A DNA stretch of 64,000 bases, from contig OX597819.1 in the NCBI GenBank assembly GCA_951406725.2, positions 43,586,001 through 43,650,000 of the forward strand, given 5' to 3'. This stretch comes from Octopus vulgaris. Its lineage: Eukaryota. Both the position numbers and the translations under genes were made by a program. The notes under the pieces were generated by a model. It had not been told where the DNA came from. It ran no database searches and saw only the letters and a list, made by a program, of their open reading frames with translations. Positions 56,490 to 64,000 of this stretch are shown here, piece after piece. Numbering within the stretch: position 1 is the first letter of the stretch; each line of letters opens with the position of its first letter.

Positions 56490-58140
56490 CTGATTTTTGG
56501 TTACCATGGATGTTTCCTCTAATACTGACCACGATGAAGGAGTAAAAGCATGCATAAATGCCTTCGAAAAGCAGTAAAACAAAAGTATTCCATCAAATTT
56601 TCTCAGTAGATTATCGAGGTTTGTGTTAGAAAGTAACACAATGAAGTTTAGACAAAGATTTTACCACCAGACGAAGGATTGCGCCATGCGTACCCCCATG
56701 GCAGTTAATTTCGCTAATGTCATCATGACGAAATTCGAGACACAGTTACTGAAGACATTCAAATCCCTTCACGGTCATGAACCAATACTCTAGTTACGAT
56801 TCATTGATGACGTATTTTTTGTCTGGGAAGGATCACAGGATAGTTTAATGGACTTCTTGCATTTCTGTGACTGTTATGCTAGAAACTATGGATTTAAGTC
56901 CATCATAAAATTTACGTCTAGTTTTTCAAAAACTAGTGTTGAATTTTTGGACACAAAAGTTTTCTGGAGGCAGAATAGTGACAGAGTTATTTTGCAAGTC
57001 CACGTCATCCCACATTTATCTCCACTGACGCTCCGATCATCCACATCATCTTATTCAGTCAAATCCGAAATCGTAATTTTTGAGGATAAAGCGGATTTGT
57101 ACTGACATACTGGAAACATGCAAATGCTTTTGAATACCATTATGTCAAACGCGGTTACAGTGAATCACGATTAAAGGAAAAAGCAAATGAAATAGCTAGG
57201 ATTAGCAAAGATAGTCAAACCTTCACGCATAATTTTAGCAAACACAACACAATAGTTGACAGAATTCCTTTACCGATTAACTAGCACCGACATTTCGCTG
57301 GCATTTCAAATGTGTCGCATGAAAGTTACCAGCATGTGGCGAAAAAATATCCTCGCTTCAAACAGATATTTTCTCAGCCGCTTAGACGGAATAAGAATAT
57401 AAGAGAATTATTGACCTCTATTTCTGAGTCCAAAAAAAAAACGAACATTGGAGTATCTGCACGCAGTACCTTGAAGAACAGCCGCAAGAGAGGTAAGCCC
57501 TATTCATTGTGCAACAACATGAGTGAAGTGAATTTCATCAGAAATCATATCAGAAATGTTATGATTTATACAGAAGGTAGAAAGTTTCCCGTTTGGTGTA
57601 CGCAGCATAATGCACGAAACACAATTTATGTTGGTTGTACAACAGCACAATTAAACAAAAGGCTTAATTGGCACAGATTCAACGTCAGGCACAATAACAG
57701 TAGTTCGACAGAAGTTGCTGAACATTTCGCTTCAAGTGGCTGCAATTTTGAGGAAGACTTGAAAGTGCATATTCTCAGAAAATATTCTGAATCTGCTTTA
57801 CTTTCACTTCTCAGAATGTATGAGAAGAAATATGTTTGCCGATTATTAACATCACGCCCTGGAGGAATGAATAAGATGACAGGAGAATATCATCAAATTT
57901 ATACAAAACTGTTTGATTTAATATTCCTCTTTTTCTCTTTTTTCTTTCCTTTTTTCTGTCGTCTTCTTTTTTCTGTCTTTTTCATTTCGCCTGTTATAAA
58001 ATTATAACTTAAAAACTGATGATGTCATTCCTTCAACATTCATACTTTACTTTTAAATTTCTATAATTTTGAATTTTTATCACTTCTTATTTTGAATTTC
58101 ACAAAGACAGACTTATGGTTGAAATATCGTTCAACCAATA
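56490..58140 (+). mobile_element. Penelope-like element, 5'-truncated (RT plus GIY-YIG), decayed
   Basis: AMRTPMAVNFANV and LRFIDDVFFVW (RT motifs at about 56680-56830); IYVGCTT..LNKRLNWHR...VAEHF in ORF 57312..58007. Confidence 0.9.
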
Positions 58141-58246
58141 TCGTACAATCGAATCGCGCTCTTCGTCTTGACTGTTTACCTCTGTGAAGAGTTACGTCAA
58201 TTCTTTTTAAAATATAACAACAACAACGATGATGATGATGATGATG

Positions 58247-58290
<44 letters not shown>

Positions 58291-58295
<5 letters not shown>

Positions 58296-59171
58296 TAAGT
58301 AAGAAGAGCAGGCTTGTGTATGATGAAAGATTGCAAAGATAAAGCACTATACAAGAAATTGAAAACGAATGAAACTGAAAATAGGTGAGTAAAGAAGAGA
58401 ATGCATGGTCAATTTCATCGGGATGTTGAAGATAAGACAGAGAAAAAAGATGGCTGTGGATGACTAAAAGTGATTTAAAATCGGAAACAGAGGCTTTAAT
58501 CTGTGCTGCCCAAGAGCAAGCAATAAGAGCAAACTACATAAAATGCAGAATAGACAACAAAGCAGAAAGTGATAAGTGCAGAATCTGTGAAGGAATATAA
58601 GAGACGCTACGGCAATATAGCCAGGCTTGTCCTTTAGACACTTTGCAACAAGTATGGACTTGACAAAGCAAAAAATTGGTGCGACCACAAACCTGAAGGC
58701 GTCATTGTCGAAAATAGAAATGCAATGATCCTATGGGATTTTATGATTCAGTGCGACCATGAGATTGAGAATAGAAAGACGGACATAGTTCTTAATTGAG
58801 AAAGAAAACAAACTATGCTGGATCATAGATATAGCATGCCCAGCTGACAACAAGGTATGCGATAAAGAAGAAAGAAAAGTCGAGAGATATGACAAGTTAG
58901 CTTCGGAAGTTAAGCAGTTGTGGTTGATGAAAAAGGTAGTAGTAGTACCAATAATTGTTGGAGCCCTGGGAACAGTGAGCAAAAATCTCGAGAAGTATGT
59001 GGAACAAATTGGGGCTGCAGTAAGGGTGGAGCACTTGCAGAAAACAGCACTGCTTGAAACCGCTCGATACTCCGGAAGGTGCTCGAAAAATAAGAGGTGT
59101 TACCTTAATTCACTGGTAGTGAAAAATCTGGCACTGTAATACATCTCCAGCGTTAGAAGCTGTGCAAAGGC
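58291..59171 (+). mobile_element. R4/Dong-like RLE LINE, 5'-truncated, flanked by (AAT)n
   Basis: MHGQF, DLKSETEALICAAQEQAIRANY, CRIC, ILWDF, IIDIACP, VVPIIVGALG, LQKTALL; stops and frameshifts present. Confidence 0.9.
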
Positions 59172-59221
59172 AATAATGATAATAATAATAATCATATTAA
59201 TTATAATTATTGTGCAAAGGC

Positions 59222-59315
<94 letters not shown>

Positions 59316-59324
59316 GTAATAACA

Positions 59325-60489
59325 ATACGTGGGCGATAGCATCACTTCGGTATGGAGCGAGAATTATAAAATGGTAAAAGAGAGAAGTAAAGAAAATTGA
59401 TACCAAGATCAGAAAAATGTTGACTGTACACAGAGCTTTCCACCCTAAGTGTGACACCGATAGGCTGTACTTGTCCAGAAGGAAGGGTGTGAGAGGTTTG
59501 ATCAGTTGCCAGGACTGTATCGAAGCAGACGAAAACAACCTAGAGTGGTTTATAAAAAAAATGCCGTGGAGCCACTATTGAAACAGACGAAGGCCGGCGT
59601 CATCAAAAGTGAACATTGCATTACTAAAGAAAAATTTAAACAAGAAATGATCAAAAGAAAAAATAAAAGCATGGAAGGAAAAGAAAATGCACGGTCAGTT
59701 TGCAAGAGATGTGAGAACCAAGACAGATACAGCGGACCGGTGGCTATGGATAGGAGGATTAACCTGAAGGTACAGACAGAAACACTCAGGAACAAGCGTT
59801 AAGGACCAATTATATGAAGTGCAGAATTGACAACACTACCGATAGCAACAAATGCAGAATCTGTGGTGAGAGTGGGGAAACGGTATTGCACGTCATTAAC
59901 GAATGTCTGAAATTGGCTCAACGCGAATACGAAAGACGTCATGACAATGTGGCAAGAATGATCCACTGGGAACTCTCTCTGAGAGCAAAGACGTGGTATG
60001 AGCAAATTCCAGAAAGAGTAACCGAAAATGAGAACTGCAAAATCCTGTGGGATACAATGATCCAGTGCGATCACCTGACCAGACATCGGAAACCGGACAT
60101 TGTTGTGGTGAATCAAAAAGAAAGAACATGCATGATAATCGATATAGCATGCCCCGGTGAAAACAGGATCAATGTGAAAGAAAAAAAAACTACCATAATG
60201 ATTTAAAATGGGAAATACGAAGGTTGTAATCAATGAAGAGAGTAGACGTGATACCAAAAGTAATTGGTGCACACGGAAGTTGCAGCATTCAACTACCAAC
60301 ATGGCTGAAAAAGATTGATACAAGTGTGAAGGTAAAACACCTACAAAAATCAGCATAGCTTGGAACTGCAAGAATTCTTTGCAGGATCCTTGAAGCATGA
60401 CCAGTAAACAAGTGTCAGCTTAGTATGCTGGCTGTGGATAGCTGACACTTTCCATCATACCCAGCAAAATTAAGCTGTGAGTTGTCATC

Positions 60490-60490
<1 letters not shown>
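59325..60490 (+). mobile_element. second R4/Dong-like RLE LINE, 5'-truncated, flanked by (AAT)n
   Basis: CRICGESGETVLHVINEC (CCHC), RHDNVA and RKPDIVV...IIDIACP in ORF 59814..60206. Confidence 0.92.
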
Positions 60491-60538
<48 letters not shown>

Positions 60539-60539
<1 letters not shown>

Positions 60540-61081
60540 CCCTGATGCAGTACCAGGCAGTGGATCTCATGGCTTCTGATTGGAAGTGTTATTATGTACA
60601 TTGTTTTGTCTTGGTATAAAAGATGGGCTACAGCAAATATTCTGCTCAATACCACAGATTTGCTTGTCAGTTGTTTGACCTTAACCAGTTGAGCATATCC
60701 CTTAGTGGCTGACGATATGTGCATCTCTGATCACGAGCAGAAGTAGTGGGGGAGCATCATAGCCATGTGTTGAGAGGGATTATTTGGGGTTTGAATAATT
60801 CACCTCTGGAAACATGGGTGTTTCGTTCAACGTCCTTAAACAACCCTTATTCAGGGACCTTTTGAGCGGGATGGGTTACTCGATCTGAAGAAATTCTAAC
60901 TGGGCTCCACCTGCAAGGTCATATGCTGTTTATCTTGATATGAGATCACCATGTCGCGCACATATGGTTGTGATGCATGTGCCTGGTGTACCCTTATCAG
61001 ACGGGTAGTCATGATGGGTATACTGGGCTTCGTATATTTTACCCCAGTGTCACTTTGATGGCATGCTCTGCTCGCTCACTC
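60539..61081 (+). mobile_element. 543-bp non-coding element bounded by (AAT)n on both sides
   Basis: Sharp (AAT)n boundaries; partial second copy at 56312; 3' stem actggg...cccagt at about 61022-61047. Confidence 0.8.
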
Positions 61082-61113
<32 letters not shown>

Positions 61114-61647
61114 GCTGTGACTGAGGGAGAAAATGTGTCGATTCTCTGGGACTTCTCCGTACATACCGATAAAACTATAAAAGCTAATAAACTGGATATT
61201 ATTATAAAAGATCAGAGAAAAAAGGTGTGTTTATTAATTGACATGTGTATTCCTTGCGATCACAATATAGCGGCGAAAGAATTTGACATGATCAGTAAAT
61301 ATAAAGACTTGCTAATAGAAATTGAAAAAATGTGGCATCTCAAGGCGACTACAGTACCAGTGATTGTAGGATCTCTAGGAATGATAAAAAAAGGTTCTGA
61401 AACCTATTTGAAAATGATACAGGAAGTGTAAAAAATCGTGTTAACTGGAACGACTCATGTACTGAGAAGAGCATTATCGCTGTGAAATCAACATCCATTC
61501 ATGAATTTATTTATTACTTTTTCAAAATACATATTTCATTTGTGAATTTGCGTGTGTAATCTGGGAATGCATGCAATGAGCTTTTCTGCGCTAGGTGTAC
61601 GGAAAACACTCGGCGCGAAATGGAAGAAAATTTGAAGAAAGAAGGAC
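61114..61647 (+). mobile_element. third R4/Dong-like RLE LINE 3' end, flanked by (AAT)n and (AAC)n(AAT)n
   Basis: SILWDF..HTDKTIKANKLDIII...LIDMCIP...KYKDL..EIEKMW...VPVIVGSLG in ORF 61117..61431. Confidence 0.9.
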
Positions 61648-62269
61648 AACAACAACAACAATAATAATAATAATAAATAGCTATGACCAAGCCAAACGGC
61701 TGGTTACCTAGGGGAGACCAAGAACGAGATGGCTGAATAATTTCTATCGTCTCAGTTGGCTATGCTTCGGAATCTGGCCTGAAAGTCTAAAGGCAGCTGC
61801 TTCTGATAGGACCCTATGCATGAGGATTCTCTCGGTAATAGTGATTGGAGAAGATGGATAGATGAATAGCTACTATGTATACTATGGCTGCACTAAAAAA
61901 ATGGATGCGATGCACTACTTCACCTTACCAAGAAACAAAAGTGATTTTCTATTTAACGCTTTAAAGATTAAGAAAAAAAAAACAACGAAAAAAAAGAAAA
62001 ATACCATCACCACCACCAACAACAACAACAATAAAACACAAACTTCTAAGTTGCTTTGATAAACATAAGTGACGGCTAGATTTGAAGAATTTGTGATTAT
62101 GGAAGTCAAGAAGTTTGTTGACGTTGTGTGATAGATAAAGATATATATTTGAAAGAGACTGCGAACAATTATCAAAGGTAAGGAAGATGAGAGAGCAACA
62201 CCTAAAACAAATGGTGTTTTAGTAAACATCAGTGAAAAACATCTGCACCGAAGACTATGATCACCACTT

Positions 62270-63225
62270 GTCTCCGCCGCCACCGCCGCCGCCGCCATTA
62301 CTGCCACTGCTGCCGCCGCCACCACCACCGACGCCACCACCGCCGCCGCCTCCGCCGCCTCCGCCGCCTCCGCCGCCTCCGCCGCCGCCACCACGGCCAC
62401 TACCACCTCCAACATCACAAGCATCACCACCACCACCATTACTATCACCACCGCTATCACTGACACACCGCCAGCTAACCGGCAGCGGCAGCAGCAGCAT
62501 AGCTGCACTACCACCACTACCACTACCACCACCACTACCACCATCACTACCACCACCACAACCACCACCACCACCACCACAACCACCACTACCACCACCA
62601 CCACCACCACCACCACCACCACTACCACCCACCACCACCACCCACCACCACCACAACCATCGTGACTTCCACCAAGGCCTCTTCCAACACGACCACTACC
62701 ACAACCAATAATAACAAGCCCCATCACACCCAACCACACACCATGCCCACCCCACCCCACTCACCACTACCACCACAGAAGTTTCGTCAACATCAGCAGC
62801 ATATTTCGACCAACACCGCCACCAGTATCGCTCTATCAGCACCACCGCTATTGCTCTAACATCACCCCCACCACTTTCTCCACTATGTATGTATCAACGC
62901 CACTACTGTCTCCATTGACATCCTATCTACTATGAAACCACCATCAATACCGCCACCAGTACCATCATCACGAGGATGACAACGACGACGACGACGATGA
63001 CAACGACAACGATCACCACCACCACCACCACAAACACCATCACCACTACATCGTCTGTAGTAGTACCATCATCAACCATGATTCCATCAACGCGAAGACG
63101 ACGACGACGACCACTACCACCACCTATACTACAATCACCACCACCACTATTCATAATGAAGATGATGATGATGACGATGATGATGATGATGATGATAATG
63201 ATGATGATCATCATCATCATTATCG
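62270..63225. repeat. (CCG)/(CCA)/(ACG)/(GAT) low-complexity tract
   Basis: Direct reading; source of the poly-P/G/T ORFs. Confidence 0.9.
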
Positions 63226-63269
63226 CGCCCATGTGTGACATTAACAGTAACAAAAAAAAAAGAAATGGA

Positions 63270-63335
63270 GAATCGAAACCGCGTTCTTACGACCGCGAGC
63301 CCGCTGCCCTAACCACTGGGCCATTGCGCCTCCAC
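63270..63335 (-). mobile_element. isolated tRNA-like head of the 36955-37341 SINE family
   Basis: Near identical to about 37276-37341. Confidence 0.85.
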
Positions 63336-63632
63336 ACCGTTGTCGTTGTTATTGTTATTGTTGTTGTCGTTGTTGTTGTCATTGTTGTTATTGTTGCCGT
63401 TGTCGTTATTGTTGCTGTTGTTATTGTTGTTGTTGATTCAACCATTATCAATGAGACTAAAACACACGCACATACCCACACATACTACACACTCAGATAC
63501 ACAGAACAAATACTGAAATATTCACAGACACACACACACACACACACACACAGACGCACACATCAACACTCTCTCTCCCTCGCGCACATACACACACAAA
63601 CAAAATTACACAAGAAGAAATACAGGGATAAA

Positions 63633-63709
<77 letters not shown>

Positions 63710-63929
63710 AGGAGAAGGAGGGAGAGGGAGAGAGAGAGAGTGCTCTTCATATTATAACCAGAAGTGGCTCTGATGAAAGTAGCATTAATTTTCTTAGGTT
63801 ATTCAATTGATCAAATAGATCAATTGAGTAGACGTATCAGTTGTGTACCTATAATGACTACTGGACACAGCTGTAAGGCAAATTTGCTTCAATAAAGGAA
63901 AAATATGCAATGATCATAATTTTAAACTT

Positions 63930-63978
<49 letters not shown>

Positions 63979-64000
63979 AAGAAAGAGAGAGATAGTGTCT

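Noticed and set aside
61915-63674. Poly-Pro (formin/extensin-like) and poly-Thr/Gly ORFs
   Set aside because: Pure (CCA/CCG)n low complexity, with no flanking domain or convincing splice context.

Overview
AT-rich, repeat-saturated eukaryotic DNA, most likely non-coding (intergenic or intronic) sequence from a cephalopod. The Octopus assignment is an inference from tRNA-derived SINE families that resemble the octopus OK/OR1/OR2 types and from the very high microsatellite density. No intact host protein-coding gene could be identified; nearly all ORFs in the track are translations of (TA)n, (CA)n, (TATG)n, (TTC)n, (AAT)n or (CCA)n tracts, or of SINEs. The real coding remnants are all decayed transposons: a near full-length D34D mariner, a second mariner fragment, an internally deleted D36E Tc1-like element, three Penelope-like (RT/GIY-YIG) fragments and several R4/Dong-like restriction-endonuclease LINE fragments. 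Non-autonomous hAT, mariner, Merlin-like and Helentron-like elements are also present. The most notable observations are: (1) many local template-switch scars, including three separate ~140-bp local duplications, foldback palindromes (two centred on (TA)n) and short templated insertions; (2) minimal hammerhead-ribozyme motifs linked to Penelope-type repeats; (3) a stack of retroelements inserted into one (AAT)n tract; (4) a chimeric SINE and a trimeric SINE, each bounded by a single TSD pair; (5) a well-spaced AP-1/TATA/Inr promoter candidate on the minus strand near 46.4 kb. All coordinates and counts were read by eye.
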